DNA of 64,000 nucleotides from Vicugna vicugna (lineage: Eukaryota), in assembly GCA_013265495.1 (NCBI GenBank), contig MU057484.1:62001-126000 (forward strand). Reading direction: 5' to 3'. The stretch's first letter is position 1. Each line of letters starts with the position of its first letter. The notes beneath the pieces are model-generated. The model saw nothing but the letters and a program-made list of their open reading frames with translations. It had not been told where the DNA came from and made no database searches. Shown piece after piece: positions 37,700 through 50,947 of the stretch. The translations under genes were made by a program, and so were the position numbers.

Positions 37700-38389
37700 C
37701 CGGGTTTAGGAGAGCAGGTAAAGCCCTGGGAGGTGGGAGGGCTCCGGACGGCTCCGGAGCATCTCCGAGTGGCCCTCAGACCATGGCCTGCTCCTGGGAG
37801 GCGGGTGCGGTGCAGGCGCGGGGCCTCGGATGGAATGGGGGCTGCCCCATGAGAGCCCCTGGATTTGCTCCCATCTTCCCCGCAGCCTGACCTTCGGGGC
37901 AGCCTCTGAAGTTCCAGGTTCGTGGGACTCAGGTTACAGGTCAGTCTGCTCCTGGGAGGTGGGCGCGGTGCGATCAGTGTGCTGGGATGGCTGCAGCAGC
38001 AGCGGGAAATGGTCGCAACCCCATCGCTCTCACAAGGCAGATGCAATCCCGCCATCACAGCCGCCGGCATTCCCTCACAGCACAGCACCCGCCTTCCAGG
38101 AGCAGGATGACCTGTAACCTGAGTTCCACGAACCTGGGGCAGCAAAGGCCAAGCTCAAGCCATGCTCTGGGGAGTTTGAAGCAAATCCATGGGCCCCCAT
38201 GGGCAGACCCTATAACCCGCCAAGGATTTCGACCACACCGCGCCCTCCTCCCGGGAGCAGGTTGACCTGGGGTCCGTGCCTGGAGCAGCAGAGGCCGAGC
38301 CCTGGACAGGCCGTGGGGGAGATGGGGCAAATCGACCAGCTTTCCAGGTCGCTGCCCATCTCCCTGCCACTGCCCCCAGGTTCGTGGAT
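37700..38389. repeat. Second block of the same GC-rich satellite, mixed orientations
   Basis: Reverse cores gcctgctcctgggagg (~37790) and gtctgctcctgggagg (~37945); forward cores ccaggagcaggatgacctg (~38096) and ccgggagcaggttgacctgg (~38251). Confidence 0.85.
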
Positions 38390-38500
38390 NNNNNNNNNNN
38401 NNNNNNNNNNNNNNNNNNNNNNNNNNNNNNNNNNNNNNNNNNNNNNNNNNNNNNNNNNNNNNNNNNNNNNNNNNNNNNNNNNNNNNNNNNNNNNNNNNNN
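38390..38500. other. Assembly gap (111 N)
   Basis: Run of N. Confidence 1.
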
Positions 38501-38594
38501 GCTCAGTGTACTCGGGCAGCCTCAGTGGCTGACAAGGATTTTAGAAGTGGGCTCTAGCCAAGCATAACTAACTCTCCTTTCTTCTGTTGCTTCC

Positions 38595-39745
38595 TCAGTT
38601 GGTGGCTGTATCAGCTTTTTCATTATAGGTTATTGCTGGATAATGAACATAGGTTTCTGTGCTATACAGAAGAAAGTTTATTTAAAATCTATTTTTATTT
38701 ATAGTGGCTAACATTTGTAGATCTCATACTCCCAAATTTGTCCCTTCCTATCCCCTTTCCCTGGTAACCTAAAGATTGTTTACTAAGTCTGCAAGTCTGT
38801 TTCTGTTTTGTAGATGAGTTCACAGTGTCTTTTTCTCTCTTTTTTTAGATTGCACATATGAGTGGTACCATTTGGTATTTTTCTGTTCCTGGCTGCTTTC
38901 ACTTAGAATGAAGATCTCTAGCTCCATCCACGTTGCTGCAAAAGGTTTTATTTTGTCCTTTTCATGGTAGAGTAGTATTCTGGTGTATAAATATACCACG
39001 ACTTCTTTATCCAGTCATCTGTTGCTACATTTAGCTTGCCTCCATGTCTCGGCTATTGTCTACAGTGGTGCTATGAATACTGGGGTGCAGGTATCTTTTC
39101 ACATTGGAGTTCCTTCCAGTTATATACCCAGATGTGGGATTGCTGGGTCATAGGGTAAGTCTACTTTTAGTTTTTTGAGGGCTTTCCATGATTTCCATAA
39201 TGACTACACCAAACTGGTTTTCCACCAGCAATGTAAGAGGGATCCCTTCCCTCTACAACCTCTCTAGCATTTATCATTCATGAACATCTGAGCGATGGCC
39301 ATTCTGACTGCTGTGAGCTGATACTTCGTTGTAGTTTTAATTTGCATTTCTCTGTTTATTAGTGATATTGAGCATTTTTTTCATGTGCCTATTGGTCATT
39401 TGTGTCTTCATTGGAGAAATGCTTGTTTAGGTCTTCTGCCTATTTTTGGATTGAGTTGTTTGTTTTTTTGGTTTTAACTTGTATATGCTGTTTATATATT
39501 CTGAAAATTAAGCTTTTGTTAGTCATATCATTTGCAAATATTTTCTCCCGTACGTAGGTTGTTGTGTTTTACTTATGGTTGCCTTTGCTGTGAAGAAAGT
39601 TATGAGTTTAATTATGTCTCAATTGTTTATTTTTTTCTCTTATTTCCATTGCCTGGGTACGTTGCCCTAGGAGAACGTTGCAAAGATTTATGTCAGATAA
39701 TGTTTTCCCTATGTTATCTTTTAGGAGATTTATCATGTCTTGCCC
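38595..39745 (-). mobile_element. L1 3' fragment, antisense
   Basis: ccatccacgttgctgcaaaagg, ccagtcatctgttg and gatggccattctgactg are ORF2 C-terminal/3'UTR hallmarks shared with the other L1 copies here. Confidence 0.85.
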
Positions 39746-42700
39746 ATCTGCAACTTGAGACTCTACTCTAGATCTGTGCTTCAGTTTTGAATTTTGAGCT
39801 TCTTAGAGAACACCTACTCTTAGCTCATATGTCAGATTCAACATATCTAAAGCTGATTTCATAATCTTTTTTCTTGTAGCGTCTCCACTTATTCAGTGGG
39901 ATAATCATTCTTCCGGCCTTGAATACCCAAAGGCTTGGAATGGTCTTTCATTTATCTTTCTCTCACCACCCTCCACATTTTGTCGGCTTCTGGAACTGTT
40001 TTTGGTTTCAAGAGTCTATTCTGATTACTGATACTCTGATGAAGAGCTTTCATCCCTGATACATGAATTTTTCCTTCTGTTGAATTGTTGGATATTCTCA
40101 CCCCCCTCTTTCAGTCCACCTACTGTTTTGACCCTCCAACATCTAGAGTCAAGTCAAAGACTTACTACAACCAGATCTCAGCCAGGCAGTCTTGACCCTC
40201 CATCATTTTGGCCTTACCTTATGTGTTCCAATCATTATGTGACTTAGACTCCTAGGATAACCTGTGCCTTATTAAAAAGCAGGAATCATCAGTATTTCCT
40301 ATCCAGTCCTCAGTTAAAACAGATTAGAATTGCCCTGAGAACTAGTTGGAGCCCCATCCCCTTCATAGAGTCTTCCCTATTTACTCCAAATACTTCTAGC
40401 TCCTCTTTGTATTCCTGCACTTTTTATGATCGGTAGCCTGTAATCTTGGCTTTGAGTACTGACATGGTACAATTCCCAAGTGGTTTCCAATGTGTCTCCT
40501 CACTTAGCTCGTAACTGGAGAAGACTCCTTTGTTCAGCCTCCTTTATACCCCTCACCCTGCTTAGCATCGGGCAATAGCAGGCATCCAGGCAGTGCTTAC
40601 CTAGTTTATTTATTCGCAGGGTTGGTGGTGTGGAGTATGGCTAATAACTATTAATTCAGTGTTGTAATTAAAAAAGAAAGCCTAGAAAATCTGTAAAACT
40701 GTATCTCCATTTTCAGTTTAGCGCTTTACTTCAACAGTTTTCTTAACTCTGAGTTTACGTTCACATAGTGTTCAGTGCTTGTACAGTTCCCTGTGACAAG
40801 CAGTTGAGATGTCATTTTGTTTGACTTTCACATTACATTTTATAATGGATATATTTGTACAATGACAAAACCTTCTTTTATAAATAAACAGCCGGAAGCA
40901 CAGAGAGACTAAGAGCCTAACCCAGGGTCACCTGGTTGGTGTTTGGCACAGGCCAGGACCGCGGTTCACATCTTCCAGCTGATCCTCTTCCAGTGCCTTT
41001 TCATTGCAGTGCTGGGAAATGTAGCCTCATCGGCTAAACTGCCAAGGCACATTGCTGCCCTTTACTTGCCAGTGATGGCAGTGCTACAAAAAGTGGCAAA
41101 GGAAAGGTCAGAGATAGGAGTGATAAAAGACATGGAAGTGCTGGAAATGGATCCTCAACCTCCTCCATATTTGAGCGCCTCACAAGTGTCCCACTCTGAC
41201 AAAGCTGTTCATTGTTTATAACATAGTCTTTAAAATCAGAGTGATCTTTATAGGACATGCTTTTATCCTGGTCCCTTTCCTGCTAGTAGTCACCGTCATG
41301 GGCAGAAAGTACCTGACTGTGCTCTGTTTGTCACGTAGGTGGGAGGGAAAGTGGGAGAGGGAGCGGGTTAAACTGAAGCCGAGCTTTTTACAGCTCTGTT
41401 GTTCTAGGACCAGAGCAGTTCCACTCTTGCTTTCATCACCTCTCCACCTCCGAGTCCCAGCCACCCACTCCTGCCTGCTTCCCCACATGCCACGTCCTGG
41501 GGGAGGGCAGGGTGGTGGGCAATGCCCCCTTCGCCCTCCGCTCTGGGAGGTGCAGGAGTCTGGTTTAACTCTTGAGCTGTTTTGATAATTGGGCTTTTCC
41601 AGCTTCTCTAGACATCTCCTTTCCAGCTCTGAGAAATTGGAGATGTAACTCAACCATACATGGGCTATAATAATGTATTTAGTGGCATTAATGTGATGTC
41701 TGTAAGATGTTCTGTGACTGGATAGGAGTTTTTTTTTAATCTCTTAGGGTGCTTCACATCCAATTTTAAAGGTCTACAGTATGCAGGTGTAATTCAAGTT
41801 CTTACATGTCTGTAAGGCAGACATGAACATTATTTGGTAATATGACCATATGTTCATAGATTACAGTTATTCCACTGGCTCTGTATCTAATAAAAGTTTA
41901 AATACCAAACACTTGAAGAAAATTTGTGGAACATGTCTTTTTGCCTGTAACTAGTTGCAAAAACTGAAATCACAGCTCTACCACAAGCCACAGTGTTTCC
42001 CAGTAGAGAAATCCCTCTACTTTTACAACCTCTAAGTAATGTGGTGGTCCTTTGCATGAGATGAGGGATGCCAGAGTATTTTGTTGGGAAACTAGAGTGG
42101 CATGACAAGTATTCTGGGACTGGTTACAGTCGACTCTCTACTTCCTGTATCCTGGACTACTTACAGAGGCAATGTTAGTGTGGTAACCAGCTTCTGAATG
42201 CAAGTGTAGCTAGGAAGACAACAGAGAAAAAAGAAGGGATATAAAGTAATGGAGGCAATTCAGAGCAGTACAAATGGTGATTTTGACACCACCAGCTGCT
42301 GACGTGAACTTGGCAGGAATTTGTGAGAAGTGGTGGGTGTCATTGCAAACAGGAGAGTCCTGCAGCTTTTGGGGTGAACAGCCAAAGAGGAGAGCAGATA
42401 TGGTGGCCACCCGGGGGCTGAGTATTTGTGTCCTGAATGTGAAAATGTCTGGTCTCCTGTTCAATTTTGAAGCCACAACTTCACATGACTCAGGGCATTA
42501 TTTCCACCAGAAAACCATAAAACACAAACAACCTCTGTTTCCCAAAGTGTTTGTTCTCGATCTGAGATGATTGTCCTGTGGTAGGAGGTAAGTGGACGAT
42601 GGGGCCTATTACATCACCCCCTTTCACTAAAAGTCTACCTCGCTGCTTTTCACCCTACTCCTAGAGGTGCTGTCATTCTGTTAAACCTAGACCTGTAAGA

Positions 42701-44519
42701 CGGGCTTGCCTGAATCCTCACGTGAAGAGGGATTGTTATGTGCAGTTTTAAAAAATTGCTTGGGTCATGTGGTCCTTTGTTTCCTCCATTCGAAATCACT
42801 ATTCCAGAGCAGATATTATGCATCTATAGAAACTCTATTGTTTGTAAGATGTCTTCAGAAGTTTTGCAGTAGGTTAAAAGGTTTGCTTGGTGGTGGCATC
42901 TTGATTGTTTGCAGGAGGCAACCCTCACTAGGGGCATTGAGTGCTTCCTGTCTGAGAGTTCCTTTCTTGGCAGTAGAGTGTTCGTTGGCAGAGTTAGAAA
43001 GTTACCTGGTCTGAGAAGCCGAATTTGCCCGCAGCTGGGTATTGGCAGAAGAGTCAGTTATGGAAGGAAGGCTTTAGGATTATCTGGAAGCAGAGTTCTG
43101 GGATCCAAACCCTGGGAAACCTCAGCTTTTGTTGAGTATGTTCTGCAACTATAGGCTATTGGATAATTTTAACACTTGCTTTGGGATGTAGAGTTGGGGA
43201 AAGACTTAAACGTGAAAGAACCTTAAAAGAGAATCTCCAAATATTTTAAAGAAGACAGTTCTCAGAATGAGAGCTTTTCTGGAAAGGACTAGTTCTTCTC
43301 TTCACAGGGGAAGCAGGGATAAAGTGTAACTGCACTTACGGTAACTTAAAAGGTAAACCTTACCCTCCCACTTAGCTGTTTCCTGGTGTAGGTTCATCTT
43401 CCACATCTGTAGTTTTAGACCTGATGTGTCATTTTCTGACACTCCATTCTGCTTCTGAGTGAGAGACTGACACAAAATCACATGGCAATTGAAAAATTGC
43501 ACAGAGGACTTTATTGTTAAAAATGTAGAGCTGTGGCAGGGTGCTGCATTTTCAAGTGACTTTCAGTACAGAGAACACTTAAAAGAATGCAGTGTTATTC
43601 CTTTTTTTCCCCATACCTTTAAGCCTTTGAATAGAAGGTTTTCTTTGCAGAGTTTCTGGAGTACATCAGAAAAAGCAGGAAGTAAAAACAGCTTTAAGAA
43701 AGTACCAGTATACACGTTGCTTATAGTATGGTATCTGTCTTAAAGTTAATTCTTTAATGCAGGAAGTTGTAACTCTCAATTTCTTAAGCAAATATAAACA
43801 TTCTTGACCCTTAATGACATTCTTTGTGGGGTGAAGCTGCTTTTGCTTCCATTCTGAGCATTGAAAGGCCTTCTATGATACTTCTACCACTCCTCAGTAT
43901 TTTATTTTCCCTCTGTTGTGAACTTGTTTTTAAACTTGAAGCATATATAAATATCACTAACTTGCTACATATGTAGATATTCTGTGTTACAAAGTGTTAC
44001 ATAGTCAGAAAATTTGCGTACATCACACGTATCTACATAATTCCCCCCTTTCCAACTGTGTTCCTGATGAAAGGATACTGGGAAATGGCATTATGGGGAT
44101 ATGTCTTACAGTACACAGTGTTTCCCCTGTTCCCTCTACCAGATCTGGATGTTCTTTCATCTTTCAGCTTCTAGACTTACTAGCTCTTTTTCTTAAGACA
44201 GGTGAAACTCATCCCCCTGCGCACACACACATGTGTACACACACACACACACAGACACATTCTGCCGTAGGGAGTAGCGTGCACCATCCCATTCTCCCAC
44301 TCCAGCTCTGGAACCACCCACTGGAGGCAGTGTCTTGCACGAATTCATTTGTAAGTTCCTTTTTAAAACTCGAGTGGTCGGGAAATAGAACTGATATCCA
44401 CACCTAGTAGGCAGGCACTCAAGGACAACTTCTATGGTTAATGCCAGGTTATCTTAATGTTTGAGTACCTGGGTTTCATGTCTTCCTCTACCACCTGTGT
44501 GACCCCTGTTTCCCACATT

Positions 44520-45482
44520 TTTGTCTCCCGCTAGACTTTTTCTCTCCAACTCTGGACTCTTACAATCTTCTGCTTATTTGACATCTTCACTTTGAACTCT
44601 GATATCTTAAAACCAACACATGTAAAATCTGAGCTCTTGGTCCTCCTACACCCAAACTGGATTTTCTGCAGCCTCCCCCATTCAGTTAGTGGAAACTTAA
44701 TCCTTCCAGCTGCTTGGGTCAAAAATCTTGGAGTTATTCTGACTTTCACTGACATACCACTTGAATTCTGTCAGTAGAACTGATTTAAAGCTGCCTTTAG
44801 AAAATATCCAGAACCCAGCCACTTCTCACCATGGCTCCTGCCTTCACTGCTGCTTCCCTGCCCTAAGCCACTGTCCTCTCCTCCAGCACAGCCCTTCTCA
44901 GTGGCTTCCCTCTTTTATTCTCTGACCCGTTTTGACTATTCTCACCCGGCAGTCAAGTGAGCCTTGAAAACCTAAGTTAGATTGTGTCGTCCTTCCGCAG
45001 TGCCTCCCCATTTCACTCCGGGTAAAATCCACAGTCCTTATAACGTCCTCCAAGTCCGTACAGGATCTGCACTGACCCTTCTCCGAGGTTCCGGCCGTGC
45101 CCCCATTCTGGAACATGCGAGGTGCACGATGGCCTTGGTGATGGTTATTCCATCCACCGGGGACTTCTCACCTCCTAGTCCTAGTTCTAACCTCAGACCT
45201 CAGTGTGGCCTGCTCTGGTATTTAATACATCACCCTCATCCCATACCCTCAACTCTATTTTCCTTGCCCCTTTTTCCTTTTATCCATGGTTTCTCTTTCC
45301 TAACATGCCACCACCTCTGCTGCTCTGTTGTGTGAATTGTCATTTCCACCCCCAACTCCAGCTAGACTCCTACCAAGCTCCGTGAGGACAGGACTTTTGT
45401 TTTGTTTATTGATCAATTCCAAGTGCCTAGACTAGTCCTGGGTACATAGTAGGCAGTCAAAAATTATTTGCTGAATAAATTA
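44520..45482 (+). mobile_element. L2 LINE 3' portion
   Basis: Ends cctgggtacatagtaggcagtcaaaaattatttgctgaataaat, the typical L2 3' terminus; pyrimidine-rich body. Confidence 0.75.
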
Positions 45483-46574
45483 AAAGACTATTTTAAAAAT
45501 GAATCATCCTTTCAGGACAGGAAAGGAAGCTGCATGAAGGAAAATGGTGCAGTAAATAATGATATTTGCCTGTTGTTCTTTGTGTGATGTATATGTGTTT
45601 TAGTCTTAGTTTGGTATCCCAGTTTCTTAATTTAATAGCTGTATTAAGGTGTAATTTATGGTCAATAAAATTCACACATTATAATTGTACAAATCAGCCA
45701 TTTTAGCTATTTCTAGAGTTGTGCAACTGTGTCCTCAAAAAGTCCCCTTGTGTCCGTCCATATGCCATTCGCCCTCCCCTCAGTGGCACCCTGAATTTAC
45801 TTTTTTTTGTTTTTTTTGGCAATCACATCTCAAAAGAATAAGTTACACAGCAGTACTAATATAGCTTTTTTGCTCTTTTAGAAATGACACACTTTAATAT
45901 GAAATCAATGGTCATTGCTGAATGTAGGTAGTGGTATCAGACATTGGTGAGAAGAATGGACTTGAGTGTCAGACTGGCTGCAGTCTTTGCCAGCTCCACC
46001 ATTTACCAAGTTACCCAAATTATTTTCTGCCTCAAGCTCTTTATCTGTTATATGGGGGTAATAATAGCAGCTTACAGAGTTGTTGTGAGGATTAAGCAAA
46101 CAGGGAAACAAAATTTCGTATAGTGGCCAGTTTATGTTAATACCTAAAAAATAGCCTTGCAAGTAGAGAGCAAAATTCAAATCAGTTTCTAAAGTATGTG
46201 TAAAATATGATCCAGTTCCTCCCTGGTTTGTAAACACGTATGCCTACTGCAGAATGTAAAAGCAGTCTAATTTCCAACAGAAAAGATCATTTCTCAGCAT
46301 TTCTTTCAAAGGTAGTTGAAAAATCATTTTTACTAAATTTTCTGTGCCCATCTCTGTCAGAGCTTTGACACCAAGTAGGTAATTATCTACTTTTTTGTTA
46401 AAATCATGCTGACCATCAGAAAGTGCTCTGAATTATATTTTAGCCTTTATGTTGGGACATACTGTGATACTTCTTCTAAATTAATGGGGGGAGGGGAATT
46501 CATTGTAGCTTTTCTAGCCTGATAAGCCTGCACTAAATTATCTTTTTTTAACTTTTAATTAAAGTAATTAATTA

Positions 46575-46703
46575 ATTTTTTGCAGGGGGTGGTAATTAGG
46601 TTTTTATTTATTTATTTTATTTTTAGAAGAAGTACTGGAGATTGAACCCAGGGCCTTGTGCATGGTAAGAATATGATCTTTCATTTGAGTTATACCCTCC
46701 ACC
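46575..46703 (-). mobile_element. Camelid-type SINE
   Basis: ggtaattagg...gtactggagattgaacccagggccttgtgcatg...tgagttataccctc. Confidence 0.8.
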
Positions 46704-47065
46704 CGAAATTATCTTTAATAAAGTCTTTTTCTCTGTTTTGTTATTTTCTTTTATGTACAGTTGCACAAAGTAGGGTCATCAGAAGCCTCTCAATTCCAAA
46801 GATGATAATAATGAAAAACATTGCACAGTGACAGTAAATCCTTGGCATATGAAGAAAGATTGTAAAGTCTTGAATGAATAAAGAAGATATTGTTACTTAA
46901 CATACATGTAACCATGGCTCTCTTCCCTTTATTTTTCAATTTATAATGAAGAAACTCCCCCTCATCAAGGTTGCTTTGTTTGATATAGGGAATATCTAAA
47001 GCCTTTTCTGCAAGTTTTTAAAATAAATAAGAGCAGGTAATTTATCAGAAGTGTGAATGGTGGAA

Positions 47066-47354
47066 TCAGCTCTGTCTAGTATGGTAGCCACCAGCCACAT
47101 GTGGCTATTGTGAATTGAGATGTTCTATAAGTGGAAAATACATAGTAGATTTCAGGACTTTGTACAACAAAAATAATGTAAAATATTTATTAATAAGTTT
47201 TAAAAGTGTTAATCACACTTTTGAAATGATAGTAAATTGAATATTTTGGTATAAATATAATTATTACTGGAATTAAATTCACTTGTTCCTTGTTATTTTC
47301 TAAATGGGATTACTGGAAAAATGTGACTTGCACCATGTTTTATTGACAGTGCTG
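47066..47354. mobile_element. MER33/MER3-type DNA transposon
   Basis: cagctctgtctagt...gtagccaccagccacatgtggcta...ttttattgacagtgctg, with terminal inverted repeats. Confidence 0.65.
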
Positions 47355-47399
47355 GCTTCTAACTTATTGAAAATAATATGAAAAGAAAACTTTGATTAA

Positions 47400-47900
47400 A
47401 AATGTTGTAGTGGAGTAGTTGATTTACATCATAATAGTTTCATGTGTACAACACATGAGGCTCAATACTTTTATAGATTATATTCCATTTAAAGTCACCA
47501 TAAAATAATGGCTATATTTCCCTGTGCTGTATGATACAGCCCTGTAACCTATCCATTTTATATGAAGTACTTTTTACCTCTCAATCCCCTACCCCCTTCC
47601 TGCCTCCCATCTCCTCCTTTTCCCCATTGGTAACTACCAGTCTGTTCTGTGTACCTGTGAGTCTATTTCTGTTTTATTATAGTCATTAATTTGTTTTATT
47701 TTTTAGATATACATATAAGTTAACACATAGAATATTTGTTTTTCTTTCTCTGACTTATTTCACTTAGCATAATACTCTGTAGGTCCATCCATGTTATTGC
47801 AAATGGCATTATTTTATTTTTTATGGCTAAGCAGTATTCCATTGTGTGTGTGTGTGTGTGTGCATGTGTATATTTGTGTGTGTATATATATATATATGTA

Positions 47901-47935
<35 letters not shown>

Positions 47936-48203
47936 AATATACCACACCTTCTTTATCCAGTCATTTGTCAGTGAATGTTTGGGTTGTTTCAGTGTCTTGG
48001 CTATTGTAAATAGTGCTGCTGTGAACATTGGAGTGAATGTTTCTTTTTGAATTATATTTTTCTCCAGACATATACCCATGAATGGGATTGCTGGATCACA
48101 CGGAAGTATATTTTTAGTTTTTTAAGGAACCTCTATACTATCCTCCATAGTGGCTGCACCAATTTACCTTCCCACCAATCGAGTAGGAGGGTTCCTTTTT
48201 CTC
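47400..48203 (-). mobile_element. L1 3' fragment with internal (TG)n(TA)n microsatellite
   Basis: The ORF-track peptide [14 protein letters not shown]...IMPFAITWMDLQSIMLSEISQ matches the L1 ORF2 C-terminus. Confidence 0.85.
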
Positions 48204-50782
48204 TTAAAAGGTAAAAAATTCTCTACATTTATATACTTTCCTTACAGTTTAGGACACAATTTGGCAAAAGCCAGATAGAATTTTATAGCAGTAAATACAG
48301 TATTTTTTTAGATGGCCATGCATTATGGATAGATATGTTATTGATGAGTTGGTTCCCTATTTTTGTAGATGCAGTTTTTATAGCTTCACAGACATTTCAG
48401 TCTTGCAGAGAGAAAAATTTCTTTGCTTTTTGCTGAACTTGTCTTGGTGGCTTTATCGAATTTGGCCCAGGCCTGCAGAAGTAAATACACACCCAAACCT
48501 GAACGATTTGAAAGTCTGCAAGATTTTAAGAGTCTAGATTGTCAGATTTGGACTATAACTCTGGTAAATGACATCAGTGAGTGGACTCAAGAAAACTCAA
48601 TTTGAGTGCAAAACCTTTCATAAGCCAAAAAAGGCTTTGAAATTGTGGCAAAGCCAGAGACTTTTGTGCACTACATATGGCCACATACCCATGGGGACAA
48701 CCACAGGCCTTCTGGAGTGCCAAGGGAATTCCATGTGAGGTGTCCAGCACTCACAGGAATCCAACAAGTCCCATCCAGCCAGAGCACATTCATTGCTACT
48801 GTGCTGTTTTTAGCAAATGTATTTTCATCAGGTTCAAATTGGTTTGTTGTTATTTTTCTGCATAAAAGAAAAATCAAACAACTTCTTGTTCCCTTGGTGA
48901 AAGTAAAAGCCTAACATTTTCTGATTTCTTTTGACAGAGAAAACATGAGCCTATGAATCTAACCTCATCTGTGTTGGTCTGCAGCTGGGAGCAACCAGAT
49001 CAGTGTCAGTCCTTCTGTAACCATTGGCTGGGAGCCTGCATGTTACCTGGAATGATATATGAAACATGTCACCCTAGCCGTGCCTTCGCTGTGGGCTGGG
49101 ATGCGAGTCATTCAGAGTCTGCATTATGGAATGTATGTTTCAGATCCAAAGCTAGGAGATCTTTTTTATTAGCCAGAGAATGTAGTCATAAATATATCTA
49201 TTAATGTATTTATGCAAGAACCTTATTAAAGATATTTTTATTATAAAAATTTACCCCCCAAAATTGAAAATGAAAGAATAGTGGAATTAAAAGTCATTTG
49301 TACCTTAATTATACATAAAGAATCTTAAAATCCTTCTAAACATTTTTCTGTTCAAATGTAGATATTTTCCCTTCCAAAAAGTAAAATTATTGTTTCACAT
49401 TGTTTTGTTTTATCCTTTTATTATATATTCCATAACAATAAATATAATTCTTTTAAATCCCTTTTAAAGGCTGTTTAACACTATATTGAACAGATATGTA
49501 AATTGTCCTAGGTTTCAGAAATTTAAAATTTGTCATTACAATACCACTGCAAAGAATATTTCAGTGTTTCTATTTTTAGTTACTAATTTGGACGAAAATT
49601 AACAAGTTTGCTTTCCTTCATCTAAAACATTGGTTATTTTATGAATGAAATGTAAGGATTTTAAATAACTTTTCAGTAATTTCAACAAAGAAATTATCTT
49701 CAAGGCAAAAATGTATGATGGTTTGCAAGTCTATTATTATTTTATCTTCACTTTTACCAGTGTCATATTGTGTGTTTTTGCACAAGTGCTTTAACTACCA
49801 GCAACGTAAGAAAAATCTGTGTACTAAAAATGTGAAAATAGTTAGTTTCCTGGTTTGTGTTTTCATTCTCCCAATATAGGCTTTGGATGACAAGCTTGTA
49901 TTTGCAAAAGTACACACCCTGTGGGAGGTGCTCTGTACATACGCTGGGATACTGCACATAAAATTGCCTCTGAAGCCCAATGATCTGAAAACCCGGTTCT
50001 CAGCCTTTGATAATTTCATCTGTTTTATGAAAGTCCTCCAAGTGTATGAAAGTATCATCAAGCTGGAGCAAGAGTTTTTCATTGCCCTATTTGAGAAGAG
50101 CTGCGTGAATGACTTTTATATTCAGGAATAGAGATATTCAATCCAGCCACCAGAAGCCGCACTGTAAGTCTAAACCGAGTTTAGCTGCTGTCTTGGGGGT
50201 GATTTAGAACCTGCTGTTGAATTATCAGTGATTTGGTTTGGTTGGTTTGGTTTGGTTTTTAAAAGCTTCCCATATAAAGGAAAAAGGAGAAAGAAAAGAA
50301 ACATGCCTACAGATTCCTCTTAGGATAGTAAACAGTGGCTGGTTAGTTACTCTGTATAAACCACACACTCTCTTAGAATCTTTTTAGGTTTACTTCATCC
50401 TTTCTCAGATTAAGTATCAAGGAAGGGACAGTGTTAAAAAAAATTCTGGATTAACAGGCTTGTGAGCTCCGGGATCTGCAAGGCAGCTTTCCCTCCCCTT
50501 GGTGTAAGTCAAATGGCAGAACTGAAATAAAGCACTTCATATCTCCTCCGGTGTTAACAGGAAAGGGCTAATCTTGACCTTGTTTCTTCCTGGGTAAAAT
50601 GAAGATAATATGTCAGGAGGCGACAAGCTCACTTAGGGAAGGAATCATGTTGTCTTGTTCACTGCTGAATCCCAGGCACCGGGAAGGCTGAGTTTAAACA
50701 AGTGAGTGAATGAATGATCTGTAGTTCCCCCAGAGTTACCATGTGGGGCAGTGCGGATTAGCAGCTAAGAGCATAGACTCGA

Positions 50783-50947
50783 GAGGGGAGGGTACAGCTC
50801 AAGTGATGGGGTGCATGCTTAGCACCCATAAAGTCCTGGGTTCAGCCCCCAACACCTACTCTAAAATAGACAAATAACCCTAATTACCTCCCCACCCCCC
50901 ACTAGAATTACCTTATAATCTCCCCGCCACCAAAAAAAAAAAAAAAA
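50783..50947 (+). mobile_element. Camelid-type SINE inserted into a MIR
   Basis: ggggagggtacagctcaagtg...gtcctgggttcagcccc...taattacctcccc plus A tail. Flanks aagagcatagactc / aagagcgtattctc resemble a TSD. Confidence 0.85.

Noticed and set aside
38199..38567. ORFs spanning the N run
   Set aside because: Artefacts of translating through the gap.
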